Assembly (NCBI GenBank): GCA_028534125.1 | Contig: CM052818.1 | Span: forward strand, 46,564,001-46,628,000 | Origin: Lama glama | Taxonomy: Eukaryota | DNA length: 64,000 nt | Reading direction: 5' to 3' | In this document: piece after piece, positions 26,070 to 39,100 of the stretch | How the letters are laid out: every line of letters begins with the position of its first letter | How positions within the stretch are numbered: the first letter of the stretch is position 1 | Program-made: the position numbers and the translations under genes | The notes under the pieces: generated by a model | Told to the model about the DNA's origin: nothing | Database searches by the model: none | Seen by the model: the letters and a program-made list of their open reading frames with translations, nothing else

Positions 26070-26935
26070 GACTCACGTGTCCAGCTGTCTGTTCCCCACG
26101 TTTCTGCCCTGTTGTCTCATAGGTGTTTCGCACTGGACTTGCCTGACACTGAATCCTTGCTCCTCCTGCCTTCCTTCTCAGCCAGCTCTGTCCTTCTATT
26201 AGTTGCTCTGGTCAAAAACCTTGGTGGGCTCAGGCCTCAAGCCCTGTATCCAATTCATCATCGGATCATCATCGCATCCTGTCGTCTTTACCACCAGAAG
26301 ATGCCCGGCGTCCACCTCAGACCTCCTGTGCTGTCACCCCCAACTGAGCCCCCGTCCCCTTCCACCTCTTAGCCTCACCCTGGGACCCCCCAGTCTTTTC
26401 TACCCAGAGCCCAAATACATCCATTCAAAACCAAGTTAGCTCTCTGCCCGTCACCCTCCGGTCGTTCCCAGTCTCTCTCAGGTGGAAGCCAGCGTCCTCA
26501 CGGCGCCCTGCCGAGGTCTCCCAGGTCCGCCCCTGCTGCTGTGTGTCTGCAGCACGTTCCCGTCCTCACTCAGCTGCTTCAGTCACACCAGCCTCCTCCC
26601 CAGTCTTCCCACTCGAGGCTGGTGAACTTGGTTTTCTTTCTCCTGGAACATTCTTACCTCAGACCTCCGCAGGGCTGCTCCCAGGCTCACGCTCGCCCGT
26701 CCCGTCCCTCCCTCTCCCCGCCCTGCTTTGTTCTGCTCAGCACCTGGCAGCGTCTGGCTGTGATACACTTACCTGTTAGTTTGTTCATTATCCTCTCTCT
26801 CCAGAGCAGCCTCAATTCCATGACGGCGGGAATCCTCTCTTGTTCAGGGCGTATCCCCAGCACCGGGGGCATTGTGGGTGCTCATTAAATACTTGTTTTC
26901 CGAGCGAGGGAGTAAAGGGAATGAGTGAATGGATG
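26070..26935 (+). mobile_element. L2 3' region
   Basis: Ends with GGTGCTCATTAAATACTTGTT...GAATGAGTGAATGGATGG, the L2 3' terminus. Confidence 0.65.
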
Positions 26936-27326
26936 GCCCGGAAGCCAGCGGCCTTTTCCGTTCTCGCTCACTGCATATTCCTTTGGCGTCAGGTGCGTGG
27001 TGTTCATCGGCGTCAGCGGGTTCTGCTGTGTGTGCAGGAGAGAGCACCTGTGTACTTAGAGATGGCTGAGAGTGGACAGTTAGCAGTTTGCCTCTGTCGT
27101 CTGGTCACTTGTCCCTAGGTGACAAACAGACCTTGTACCTAGTAGGTTCTTAGATGTAGTTTAGCATTAGTTTGCAGGTATCTTTAGAGTTTAGCAGTCT
27201 CCTGGAGATAATGGAACAACCCAGAAAGTGATTGTTCTTTTTTAGCATTCACTGTCAGTTAATGTTTTGCTACAGTTTGGGTTTTACTGTGTGATAGAAC
27301 TAAATCCTGTGATTCTCGTTCTTTGT

Positions 27327-27485
27327 AGAGAAAAAAAATGCATGTCAATGTTTTAGTTAAAAAAAAAAAACCAAAGTTAATTTGTATCCTTTTTTAAAAA
27401 AATCATAAGAGAAAAAAATGCATGTCAATGTTTTAGTTAAAAAAAAAACCAAAGTTAATTTGTATCCTTTTTTAAAAAAATCATA
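27327..27485. repeat. Tandem duplication of an ~80-bp unit (27327-27407 and 27408-27485)
   Basis: The two copies are identical apart from A-run lengths (8 vs 7 and 12 vs 10). Confidence 0.95.
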
Positions 27486-28619
27486 AGAAGTCCAGAGTGT
27501 TTTGGTTCTTTACATCAGATGAGTAATTTTTTTTGATATTACTTGAAACTGTTTCATCCGTTAAAGTACTTACTTTGAGCAATCAGACTCCGTATCTTTC
27601 CGCGTTCCTAGCAGAGTGTCAGCGGGAGAAAATTCCTGTGATTCAGCTTAATCTAACGATGTCATCATGTGGACGGTCCAGTGGCTCCACCCAGGCGCTG
27701 ACCTCACTTGCTGGAGGGGCTGAGGCCAAAGGCTTCTCCCCCTCCTGCGTGGCATAGCCTCCCCCAGGGAAACAGGAGTCTTTCTGATTCACGTCAAGTT
27801 ATCGCAGACTTCCTAGGACCTGGGAAGCGATTAGATGTTGGAGGCTCTGCTAGATGCAAAGCAAACCGGTCGTTAAAGTGTCAGCAGAGGTGTAAGTGAA
27901 AATTGTGCAAGTCACTCTAATTGTCACCAGACAGGTATTTATGAACAAAATTGCACTGTTGAGAAAACTCACTCCTGTTTATCTCTTTGTAAACTGCGGG
28001 ATTGTCCTCATTTAGAGGAGTTTTCCCCGTGCGCTGGGTTCTGTGCAGTGGATGAGGCTGGTCCTCCCCCCGCATCACTCTGGTCTGTCTCCCGCCCATG
28101 CGCACATGTGCCTGTGATGGACTCACCGGTCCGTTTTCCCTCGGCTTTACTCTCTGAGCTCTCATTCCTCCCTTCATCCCTTACTGAACTTTCCCCGTAG
28201 TGCTTCTTTACTTTTCTTTACAAGATCCTCCTTCACGGTCCCTCAGCACTTATTTCATCTTCTGTCATCTTACTCTCATGTTAGCCACCCCTGAACGCAC
28301 CTGAGACAGGCTGGAACAAAGGCTAGGGGACAGCCACCCCTTTAAAACGAAATGTTCAGCGTCAAGGATCATCAGTAAAGGAAACAGTAAAGTGATGTGA
28401 GACTCTTGCAAACCAGCTAATACTTTGAGCCTGACTGTACGTCAGGTACTGAAGGTGCAGAGATAAATCAGGCAGTAAGTTCATGGTTTTTGTGGTGACA
28501 GAAAAGTAAGTAACTACAGAGCAGTGTGGTAGATGTTTTCAAGCACAGATGAGAACGGACAGGTCGGGGGGAGTATAGTCAACCTACAGTACTAGATCTT
28601 GACTGGACGCTCAGAAGAT

Positions 28620-28900
28620 TCAGTTAATTTGGTATTTTAGAAATATTTATTCAGCACATACCTTGTGCCAGGCACTGTTCTAGGTACTAGAGATTCAGTG
28701 GTGAAAAAGACGGTCAGGTCTTTATCTCATGGACCTTCCAAAAAGGAAAGACAGATTTTAAAACATCACCATAATTTGATAAATGAAACACCCATGAATG
28801 TGAAAAATTCATTGCAGGAAACAAGACAAGCAGCCGAGATGAAATGAAGTGTGTGTGTTGCATTTGGGCAGAGGTGGCTGTCTGAGGGAGAGCTGTCCCC
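28620..28900 (-). mobile_element. L2 3' end
   Basis: AAATATTTATTCAGCACATACCTTGTGCCAGGCACTGTTCTAGGTACTAGAGATTCAGTGGTGAA. Confidence 0.7.
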
Positions 28901-30849
28901 AACCCCTTGTACAAAGGGACTTCTAAGCTGAGACTTGAATCTTGCACAACAGCTCCAGGAAGAGCAGTTGAAGTGGAGAGAGCCACATGTGGGGAGTCCG
29001 GAGCTCCCCGCCATCTTTCCTTCTCTTTTAGGGAGCATAATTCTTGGTACCAGCAGTACAGCCTCACATCACCCAGTCCCCAGCCCAGCTCACTTTCACA
29101 GGAGAGCCTGCATCCCACACACCTGATGGAGGAGAACTTGCATGGGGCTCCCGGGTAGCCAGTGTGTACAGTGAGGGCGTGAACTCCAAAAGCACAATCT
29201 TGCCTTTTTGTAACATCTTATGTGTGTAGACCTAACGGTTTAATTTGTCACTGAGTTGATAAAATAAATTTAATAATTATTTTGTCAGTTGTTTTTGTGA
29301 TGTTTTAAGGAGCTGTGAGAACTAAAATTTAGAGCTAAAGGATATATTATAATTCATTTTGAGCTAAACTATGAAGGGAATTAGGGAGGGTGAGAAAAAT
29401 GATTCTTTTCCCCCAGGGAAATGGAAATTATAAGACATATTTACAATCCTCAAAGGCATGTAAAAATATCTTGCAAAGTTAAACCGGCAGCTGGGTGTTG
29501 AAAGCAGCCTAGGGGTCAGGCTGGCCGAGAAGTCATTTCCGGAGAGTGAGTGGTGTAAATGTAAGGCCTGGCTTTGAGGGAACCCGGGAGGAAGCCTCCT
29601 TCTTTTCGCACTTTGAGTTGAAGACCACCACCAGACCACCCCCGGCGGGCTTTGTGCGAGACCTTGCCTGTGACGTGGGCAAGGAGCTGTGAGCTCTGGG
29701 GTCTGGGCATCTCCTAGCCAGTGGTCTGAACGCTTCAAATAAACCCTCACTGGCATTGCTGGCGTGGTGAGAAATCACCTCCTTTCTTTATGCATTGAAA
29801 GATGCTGGTGATGGAGATGCTGTCTCCTGCTCTGAGCAGTGGGGGCGGGGTCTTCCTGGGGGTCTGAGCCCCCGGCCTGCTTCTGCTGCAGCCTTTCCCT
29901 GGGGGGTGGGGGGGTCTGGCATGCTCCCAGGAGGGAGAGCTCACGGCCTGCATGAGCCAAAGCACGACTAACTCCTTGTCTTATCGAGAGCCCCAAATAC
30001 AACAAGTAGCTTAGGGTTAGGACTCTAATACTGACGCCTGCAAACTAGCAAAAAAGGATGAAAATGTAGCCTGGTAGTTTTCTTGTGTGGATTTTTTTTC
30101 CTTTCCAAGTTATCCATTCAGTTAGAGATTATGAAGAATGGAAGAACAATGGCCATGTTCTTGCTTGTGACATAGATCTAAGTCCTCTTCCTGTGGCGTG
30201 TGCGTGGTTTGTGGCGGTAGATGCTGCTCTAGGGCGTTTTAACAGCACCCCCCCCCCCGCCCCAGGCCTGCCGCCTGGAGTGGGGATCCTGACTTCCTCC
30301 TCCCCCTTTTTCCTCATTTCCCTCTTTCTGTTTTTGCTCCACGTTTCCCCACCGGACTCTTCATTTTCTACCTATTCCTATTTTCCCTGGCAACTTACTT
30401 TCCATCTTTAAATTAAGCCTTGAGGCAAAAGCCAGCACAGTTTATTGAAAAATCCGGAGTCAGAGTCGGTAGCCGTGCATCCGGTGCCCGTGTGGTCCTC
30501 AGCCCTGGCCTCAGGTCCCAGAGCGTGAAGGGAGGAGGCGGGGCTGCATCCCTGCTCACGCGGGGCTTCTTCTGGAGGATGAGCCTTGTCTTCCCTTCCT
30601 TCCTCCTCCCCTCCTTCCTTCCTGCCTTTCTGCTTTTAAAAGTAAGGGGCGGGGCCCCGTTCCCCAGCTCCTAAACCTCCCCCAAACACGGCAGCTCCTG
30701 AGTGACCTCTTTGAAATACCTGGGGGTCTTCTTTTTAATGTTAAAAAATTTCAGGATTTTGTACATATACACAGAATAAACTTTCATATGTTGTAAGTAT
30801 CATTTTAAATGTCTTCTTTTGAAATACTTATTTTTTTATTTTGTCACAG

Positions 30850-30905
30850 CCCAATGATGATAATTACCCAGAAGATCACTAGTTTGGCTTGTGAAATTCA
30901 TGATG
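30850..30905 (+). CDS. MBOAT2: MBOAT2 coding exon 5, 56 nt
   Basis: T-rich tract + CACAG acceptor; GTAAGA donor at 30906. Translates (G)PMMIITQKITSLACEIHD(G); phase continues from the previous exon. Confidence 0.95.
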
Positions 30906-32131
30906 GTAAGAATTTGGAAATTAATTTTTCATCACTGGAAAAGTTGTATTCAAACAATCTTATCTGATTGTATTTGAGGTATAACCATAATTTTTGCTCT
31001 CTACTAGAGGAAGGAGAGGGGTGGAGGTAAGATATGGGAAAATATTTAATTCTGCTTAAGGTTATTAAAGTGTACTCATCCTCCTTCACTGTTTATTCTT
31101 AATTTTGCATTCGGTCCAGTGACAAAAACAAAGTAAAATAGTGCAGTTCAGATATATGACCCACATTAGTGACAATTTAAAATATAAAGGAAACAGACAT
31201 TTGGTCTAAACCAGGTTTTATTGATCCTGCTTCTTCTCTGTGTTACACACTTACTCAGATGTGAATGGTTTCCCCTGCCCCACCTCCCTTATACACACAC
31301 ATGCACACACACACTTACATATATTTTTAGTGTAAATATTTATATATTCGTATTCTGTACCCTCTGAACGGACACCGTGCCACAGCAAATGCCAGCAGTC
31401 AGGGCTCTGGGTCTCCAGAGTTACAGGAGCGTCCCCTTCAGGACAGTCATTTATCTGTAGCCCGGATGGTTTTCCAGCCTCCCTGTGTCCGTCGCCCATC
31501 CTGTGCCATCTGCTTGGGGGGACCTACATGTATTTTTTTAGTCTGTTGCCTCTTACCTTAGGCCTCTCCTGGGTCCTTAAATCGGATTTAAGCTCTAGCA
31601 AGTTGATGTGTAATTGTAAGTAATACTCTCCTGTTTGGGGGAGGTGATGAAGTGGACGAAGATGGTATATTAAGTCCAGTTCCATTCACTAGAGTCACGT
31701 AGAAGTGAGGAGATCCTTCCCTGCTTTATTCCGAGCTGCTAGTCCGTACCGCTGAGGTTAGTCATTGGCATCATCCAATTATAGAAACACTTTGGTGTCT
31801 CCTTCTGAAAAGTCATCATGTTTACTGTTAATTACGCTAGCATTGGGGAATTTTTTGACATAGCAATAATTTCCTTTAGAAAGGAGTCCAGTTAGTTCCC
31901 TGACTTGTGTTATTTATCTTACACAGAGACAGACGCGCTGGATTGCGTGCAGATGGTCCTCTCGCACGTTTGGGCCTGTGTTGCAAGGAGAACGAAGGGG
32001 GCTAGTTACACCAAAATAGTGATTACAGCATGAATTTCAAATGAGGGAAGTGATGAGAGCGAATGGGAGGAAATACCTTTTTTTTCTTGGGAGAAATCAT
32101 AATTGATAAATTACCTATTTTTATTTCTCAG

Positions 32132-32186
32132 GGATGTTCCGGAAGGATGAGGAACTGACTCCCTCGCAGAGAGGCTTAGCAGTCAG
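32132..32186 (+). CDS. MBOAT2: MBOAT2 coding exon 6, 55 nt
   Basis: TTTCTCAG acceptor; GTACGT donor at 32187. Translates (G)MFRKDEELTPSQRGLAV(R); seen in ORF 32134..32343. Confidence 0.95.
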
Positions 32187-32370
32187 GTACGTGCCTCCGC
32201 ATCGTCTCCTTTGTGGTTCACGCTCCCTCTGCTGGGGACGCACACTTACTTACATGGCCAAGGCTGACTTGTCTTCCTGCAGGCGCTCAGTTCACGAACA
32301 CCAAACCTTCCTCCCTCTGCGCACCTCCTGCCACCACATCTAGCTGGGCTGGGCTCCCTTCTTCTTCTTC

Positions 32371-32521
32371 TTTTTTTAAATTTTATTTATTTATTTATTT
32401 TTTGTGGGGGAGGTAATTAGGTTTATTTATTTATTTGTTCTTGGAGGAGGTACTGGGGATTGAACCCAGGATCTTGTGCATGCTAGGCATGTGCTCTATC
32501 ACCTGAGCTATACCCTCCCCC
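32371..32521 (-). mobile_element. tRNA-derived SINE, copy 4
   Basis: GGGGGAGGTAATTAGGTTTATTTA (reverse-complement tail motif) followed by GGAGGTACTGGGGATTGAACCCAGG...TGAGCTATACCCTCCCC. Confidence 0.87.
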
Positions 32522-33727
32522 AGCCAAGCATCCCTTCTGAGGCTCCCACAGTGCCTTGAACATACCATCGTACAGTGTGCACCTCCTGTGTGCCGTGAGG
32601 CTGTCTGCGAAATTTTCTGTCTCTGCTGCGAGGCTCTGAGTTCCCTGAAGACAGGCAAGACTTACGGTCTTTGGGTAGTAATTACAGGTAATAATTGCAG
32701 CTACCACTTAAAGACCGATAACTTGATGGCAGGTACTGGAATTAGATGCTGTGTTTTGAAATAAGGAAGAACCAGCAAGATATTCTCATGGTTATTTGAG
32801 GAATTTGCTCTGGGCTAGGCCCCTGCTTCACGTACTGTAGGTCCTCTGTTGACCCGTCTAAGGGATAGCTTAATTTCTTGGCAGGGCCTGTCTTAATCTA
32901 ATATAATTAGAAATTAAATACTTGTTTTACTTAAAGAAAAACTTCCTGCATAGCACGTCGTTTCCTGCAAATCTAGACCTGATACCTGCATGGCTGTCAG
33001 AAGAATGAGATGATTTGTGCCGTAGGTAGACGCTACCCTAAGCATTCGCCTTTGATCCAGGAAGTAGGTCTTGAGAATATTCTTGTATTTTCCCCATTTT
33101 AAAAATTATTCTGTTTTGATACTCACTATAGTCAGTCTTGAATATACACTTGAATATCTTTAGTTTGTGAGAGGTTAATTTGATCTGGATTCTGTGATCT
33201 TTGGGAGTCCTCGGTCCATTCCAGTAACTGCTTGTTAACACACAGTCAGCCTCTGTCTCCCCGTCCCTCCCATGTGGCCACCTGACTAAACCCCAGACCT
33301 GGTTAAATCCAGCTCTCCACCTACCTCAACAGTAGAAGAGGGCGGAGTGGACAAACGCTCTCTTGCCGACTGGACTCATTCTGAATTGGTCACCCCAAAT
33401 TCAGCATTCTGGACATGAGGCTTGCCCACAGCTCTGCCACATTTCCTCCATCCACTTCCTTTCCCACTCTCTGTCAGGGGCTGTGGGGTTCTCCTGTCTC
33501 CTAGACTCCCAGCACTCCCTCCCCCACGCTCAGGTAGGATGGTAGCAGAGTTTGTAACAAGTATCAATTAACCCACTGCTGGTCTGCTGCCATTCTTTCC
33601 AGTTTGCCCTTAACTTTGGCAGATGTGACTGTCAGCCTCCTTTCACATGTTCCTCAACCTCTCAGCACCCTTGGACCCATTTGATCACTCAGTCCTTGAA
33701 ATGGCTTTTTCACTTGCCACCCAGGAC

Positions 33728-33885
33728 ACACATTTTCAGTTGTCACAAAGGAGAGGGGTGTGCTACTGACTTCTGACGGGCAAGGGCCAGGGATGTTGCC
33801 AAGCATCCCACAGTGCACAGGACAGTCCCTACAGCAAAGCAGTAGTGTCCAAAAATGCCAGTAATGCCGAGAATGAGAAGACAAA
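33728..33885 (+). mobile_element. MER20-like hAT MITE fragment
   Basis: CATTTTCAGTTGTCACAA...GGCCAGGGATGTTGCCAAGCATCCCACAGTGCACAGGACAGTCCC...CCAAAAATGCCAGTAATGCCGAG. Confidence 0.7.
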
Positions 33886-34377
33886 CCTGAGACAACACAT
33901 AGTTGATAGCAAACAAATATGGGGTGAAAGAGTAAATCTTTCATCAGTGTCATGAATAGAGGATTACTCCTGTACTCAGTTCCAATTTTAATAGCGTGTG
34001 CTATAGTTACCTACTTCTTTCCTGGTGGAAGAGAACAAGACTTGTCATTTGATATGACATTTGAGCCGAAATTACTTCAGTGAATTTCATGGTTCAGAAT
34101 TATCTCCTGTCCTTGCAGATTGCGATACATAGTTTGACTTGGTTAGATTGATGCCCTGGTGGTGTTTTGGTCTTGAAGTGAGCGGTGTTGCCGGAGCACA
34201 AGGAGCCCTTTGGCAGCCTTGCGATTCCGGGGTGCGTGTCCAGTGTTTGGGGTGGGAGGACCCCTCCCCACGCCAGCTCTCCATGGGGAGACCTGCAGGA
34301 GCAGATCTGCCAGACGCCCTCCGCTCTCATCAGTTTTGAGCCCTCAAGACCGAATACGTAAGGTTCAAAACATTTCT

Positions 34378-34432
34378 TTTTTTTAAACATTTTTTGTATT
34401 GAGTTACAGTCATTTTACAATGTTGTGTCAAA
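34378..34432 (-). mobile_element. Extremely 5'-truncated L1 3' end with TSD
   Basis: Poly-T followed by TATTGAGTTACAGTCATTTTACAATGTTGTGTCAA (L1 3' terminus-like). Flanked by TTCAAAACA(T/C)TTCT at 34364-34377 and 34433-34446. Confidence 0.7.
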
Positions 34433-34939
34433 TTCAAAACACTTCTAAATGTAGGAAAAGAATTCAGGAAAGAATTTAAAAGGAGTTGTGGCTAAGTGGT
34501 AACCCAGCTGTGTGATGGGTGGACCACAAGCACTGCTTGCTCTGATTGTTTTTTTATAAAAATACGTGTGAGGGGGTTCTGCAGCTTCTCTTGGCTGCAG
34601 AGTGTATTTGTGCTTTTTTGGGAAATCACTTCTCATATTAGAGAGGAAGAGGGTTGTAACACATTCAAGAGCCTGTTTCCTGTCCGAGGTGTAGTTGTTC
34701 TTTTATTTATGATCATTTGTATCTGTCAGTGGATGGCAGACTTGACAAATGAGTTGGTTTTTAAAAATTACAAAGATACTCCTAATGCATTGATACGATG
34801 AAGATACATGGTTTACCCAGTCTTCTGTGTTACTGACTGTTTTTCACCCGGTTACCTGCATTGAGAACTGGAATGTTTGGTTAGCTTTAGACGCCATGTG
34901 TTGTTTGCACTGACCTCAGAGCAACTGAATTAAAAAACG

Positions 34940-35630
34940 TCACAAGACATCCTTGAACCTTTCCCTCTCACCCCCCATATCCGGTCCATCCGCAGACCCC
35001 CGGCTGTCCTGCCGGAACACACGCAGATGTGGCTGCGCCACTCACCGCCCCCTGGAGGCCAGTGGCCTCCTGACTGGTCTTCCCACTTACACCCTCCTCT
35101 GTCCACACATACGGGCTGGAGGGGTTCTTTTGAAACATAGGTGTTTTAAAACCCTGCTGTAGTTTTTCATCACATTCAGAATTAAATCCAGAGTTCCCTC
35201 CGTGGCTTGTAAGGCAGGCCCTCGGTTACCTCACCTCTGACTCCCTCCCTCTTTCCCTGGTTCAGGCTGCTCCAGCCGTGCCGGCCTCCCTGCTCCTAGG
35301 AGGGCCACCGTCTCTGGGATTTTGCCCTCGCTGTTCCCTCCGCCTGGAGTCCCTGTCCTGGGCTCACACGACTCCCTCGCTCACTGCTCAGATGTCTCCT
35401 GATCAGAGAGGCCTTCTCTGACTTACTGATGTAATAAAACACCCCTTCTCCTTGAAGCACTTAGCATCTCTGAAAATATTTCATGTGTTTTTTAATGTTA
35501 CCTGCAACTGTTCTGTAAGCCCTGAGAATGCGGGATCTCTGTCTCGAGTCCTGCAGTGTCTCTGGACCTTGGAGCACGTGTGCGGTAGCTGGTTCACACG
35601 AAGACTTGAGAGAATGAGTGACTAGTGAGC
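34940..35630 (+). mobile_element. L2 fragment
   Basis: GGCCTCCTGACTGGTCTTCCC, TCAGAGAGGCCTTCTCTGAC and GAGAATGAGTGA are L2 3' motifs. Confidence 0.55.
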
Positions 35631-35922
35631 GATGATTCTTGCTGCCGTATCTTGTGCACCTCGGGTTTGTCTCATCAGGAGGAGTTAGGTACAAACCCTT
35701 TGTAGTTGCTCGTAGAGGTCTGTATGTAAACTCTTATCCAAAAATACTGTTGAGCATTCCTTCATCCTGAACCTCTCAATTCTTCTCATGTGGATGCAAA
35801 TGAAAATTAAAGCTCATTTTATCTCAGAAATGGTCAGACAAGTGAGGTCGGGGACGTCGCTCCCGTCACGTTTTCTGGAAGCGGATGTTCCCTCTCACGG
35901 GTTGCATGTCTTTTCATTGCAG

Positions 35923-36106
35923 GCGCATGCCGAGCCTTCTGGAGTATTTAAGTTACAACTGTAACTTCATGGGCATCCTGGCAGGCCCCCTCTGCTCGTA
36001 CAAAGACTACATCACGTTCATCGAAGGCAGGTCGTACCATGTGGCACAATCAGGTGAAAACAGAAAAGAAGAAATGCAGTGTGAAAGGGCAGAGCCGTCC
36101 CCCAAC
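35923..36106 (+). CDS. MBOAT2: MBOAT2 coding exon 7, 184 nt
   Basis: TTGCAG acceptor; GTAAGT donor at 36107. Translates RMPSLLEYLSYNCNFMGILAGPLCSYKDYITFIEGRSYHVAQSGENRKEEMQCERAEPSPN, including the MBOAT-family PSLLEYLSY...AGP motif. Confidence 0.97.
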
Positions 36107-39100
36107 GTAAGTGCGCGAGGGCCACCTGCAGCCTCCACGGCCTGGCTTGATTAGCCTTGTTTATTTAAAGATACTAATGTTTTCAAGTTCTGAATGTACC
36201 CATCTATTTCTTCAAAAAATATTTTTCCAGACAAATGTTCACACAGCCCCCGGTGGTGATGCCTGGCAGAGGCACAGTCATGACTGAAGAGCAGAGGTCA
36301 GGTTCCTTAAAAAACCGGGAGGAGATCCTGAGTAAGAATAGTGCTTTGGGGTCCCGGGGTGCTTTACAGGAACGCCCGTCTCGTGGAGCGACCAAGCCTG
36401 ATTTTCCGGGCTTTTTCCTGCCCTGTACCTTACATTCCAGCACAGTCAGTGTTCTCTGTTCCTCTCCTGCTTTCCCTTCTTCGTCCTGATCATTGCCAGC
36501 TGAAATCTTCCTTCTCTTTAGAGGCCTACTTCAAATAGCACCTTTTCCATAAAACCTTGTCCGATTTTCACAGCAAAAAAGAAGCAAGAGCAGGCACTCT
36601 GACAGCACTTTCGGCCCCGACGGCAGCCTTACGAGGCCAGTGCTCTGTTCTCAGTGCTTCGCAGACGAGGAAGCCGAGGCTCGGAGGCTGAGTAATTGGA
36701 CCAAGGCTTCCTGGGTTGGTGCTGGGAGGACAGGAGTTCAAAGCCAGGCAGTCTGTGCCCCACAACTGAGCGTGATCTCGACTTCCTTGAAGCTGCCGGG
36801 GTGCCTGGCAGCGCAGGGAGAAGGGCTGTGAAGCTCCGTGCAGGCCAAGTTCTGCTGGATTCGTTCTGGACGAGCCTGAAAGTCCCATGGGAAGCAGGCC
36901 AGTCAGGGAGTCTGTGAGGCAGAAGAGGGGGAGCTAGCCTGTTTCCTCCGAATGTGGGGTTCAGAGCAGACCACCTCCTTCCTAAGTTATTGTGAAATGA
37001 AGAGTGGGTGAAGAGGTGCAAAATCTCTTGTATTTTCTCTTTTCTGCCATGTGACTCATTTTGTTTTACACCAAAAAGGTGCTCTCGTCTCGGTGCTTCC
37101 CATCCCCAGTCCGGTGTTAATCGGTAAGACTGGGTCGTGGAATTGAGTGTATTCAGATCTCCTCCGTTGACTGTCTTGTCTCCCCAGGCTGCCCACTTAA
37201 CCCTTTAGAGGCCTCGATGCCATAGGAGGAAGCCAAGGTCATCATAAACAGCTGTGATATTCCGGAAGTTAATTCTGGAATACTGGAAAGGGAATTAAAA
37301 TCCAGAAATCAAGATCCTGGACATAATTTTGTAAAATAATTGAAAAATATCAAGTGCAGGAAATATAAGTAGTAGAAAATCAAACCCAGCAGAGAACAGT
37401 GTAAATGTGTGTATTGCTTCTATCACCTCACTGAATTTTTATGGGATTCGTGCTTACAAAATACCGTTTTCCTCCCTCAGGTTGTGGACATCATAAATGA
37501 GAGGTTGTTGACAATAGCAAATACTCTTATTAATACATTATCTCACTATTTTAGTATATTTTAAATTTAAGTTCCATGTGTACATAGCTCACACAGTCAA
37601 ACAGTGCAGTTGTTTACAGATCACTCAGAGGCACTTGGAAGCTCTTTGTGCATCAGTGGTGGGTGTAGTCCCTTCAGATCCAAAGCGGGTCAGTCAGGTA
37701 GCTGGTGGCCCGTTTGTTGGGGACCTCCTAGTTGTCTTTGCCTGTGTTAGTGAAGATACAGGCTTGGCCGCTGAACCAGGGACCTGAATAAACAGCAGGC
37801 GGTGAAACAAGGTGGAAGTTGATTCTTCGCTCACGTGACAGCTTAGGTGTACGTTGTCCGAGGATATCATGGCAGCTCCGTGGGTGGGGGCTCCAGGCTC
37901 TCCCCTGTTTTTGCCATCCTTAGGGCAAAAACTGCTGGTCCCTGGAGCTGGGCAAGGAAGGGGCTAACGATATCACCTCTCAGGATGCCTTCTCCATGGT
38001 CTCCACGATCATTCCAGCACTTACCCAGCCCCCTGCCCTGGACGTGCATCCCTGAGCCTGGCTCATCTCTGGTTAGGCTTCCCTGAGAATTAAGTTCTGG
38101 CTTCCTGCTAGAATGTGGAGGGGTGTACATCTTCTGTGTAGGGAGGCTCTAGGAACCAGGGGTTACACCTGACTTCCCAGCTGTAGGTCCCCTCGCCCCC
38201 GCCTTTCAAAGTACCTGATCTGGAATTGTCCGAGCCTTTTGGGAACTTCTCATTGGTTTGTACGCCAGCTGGTAGTTGACATCTGGTATATATTGCTTTA
38301 ATTTTTTTTTTTTCAAAATGAGGCTGGAAACTAGTATATATAGTCTCATGGCCACAGTATTTCTTGCTGTTACTAAAATGATAAACCCAATTTTTAGCTT
38401 AATCTATGAGGCCGTTCAGTTCATCTCACTTCATTTATAATTACAATTTTTCTCTAATTACCTATTTTAAATCTCTTTCTATTCAAATGTATAGGTTAGA
38501 TATTTGGTGGGGTGTGGGGGAAGAAAAGGTAGCCTTAGTTTACAGGAGAAAGCTTTGAAAGACAGCCAGGAAAGTGAGGAGGAGAACAGCTGTAGCACAG
38601 AGTCCTTGAACATCCGGCACCTCCTGACAAGGGCAGCCTGACAGTAAAGCTGAGCGTCTCTGAGAGCGCGGGAATCTGGCATGTGCCCTGACTCTGGCCT
38701 CTGGCCCTTCTTTGGGCACCGGTCCAAGATGTGTTAAATATGGGTGTTCATCTGCAAATCACTTTAGCTAATTTGGATATTGTTTGCTTACTGCACGGGA
38801 TGCTAAATGCAAGTGTTTTGTTACATTCTTTCATCTGGATCCAGCCTTTTCTTTCATCCCTTCATAGCCTGTATAACCCCCTTTATATGGAGTCAGATTG
38901 AAATGGTCTAGCCTGCTAAAAATACAAAAACGCCATGAGTTGGGTTCTGTCAAGGTAATTTAACCTCTCCAGAATATAGTGAAGATCGACCTTTTCTTTC
39001 CATCAGGATCTTTTATGCAAATCTTTTCGTTTTCTCAGGTGTATAGCTGTTTGGGTTGTATCATCTTGAACAAAATTGTATAAAAGAACTTTCAGATTTA

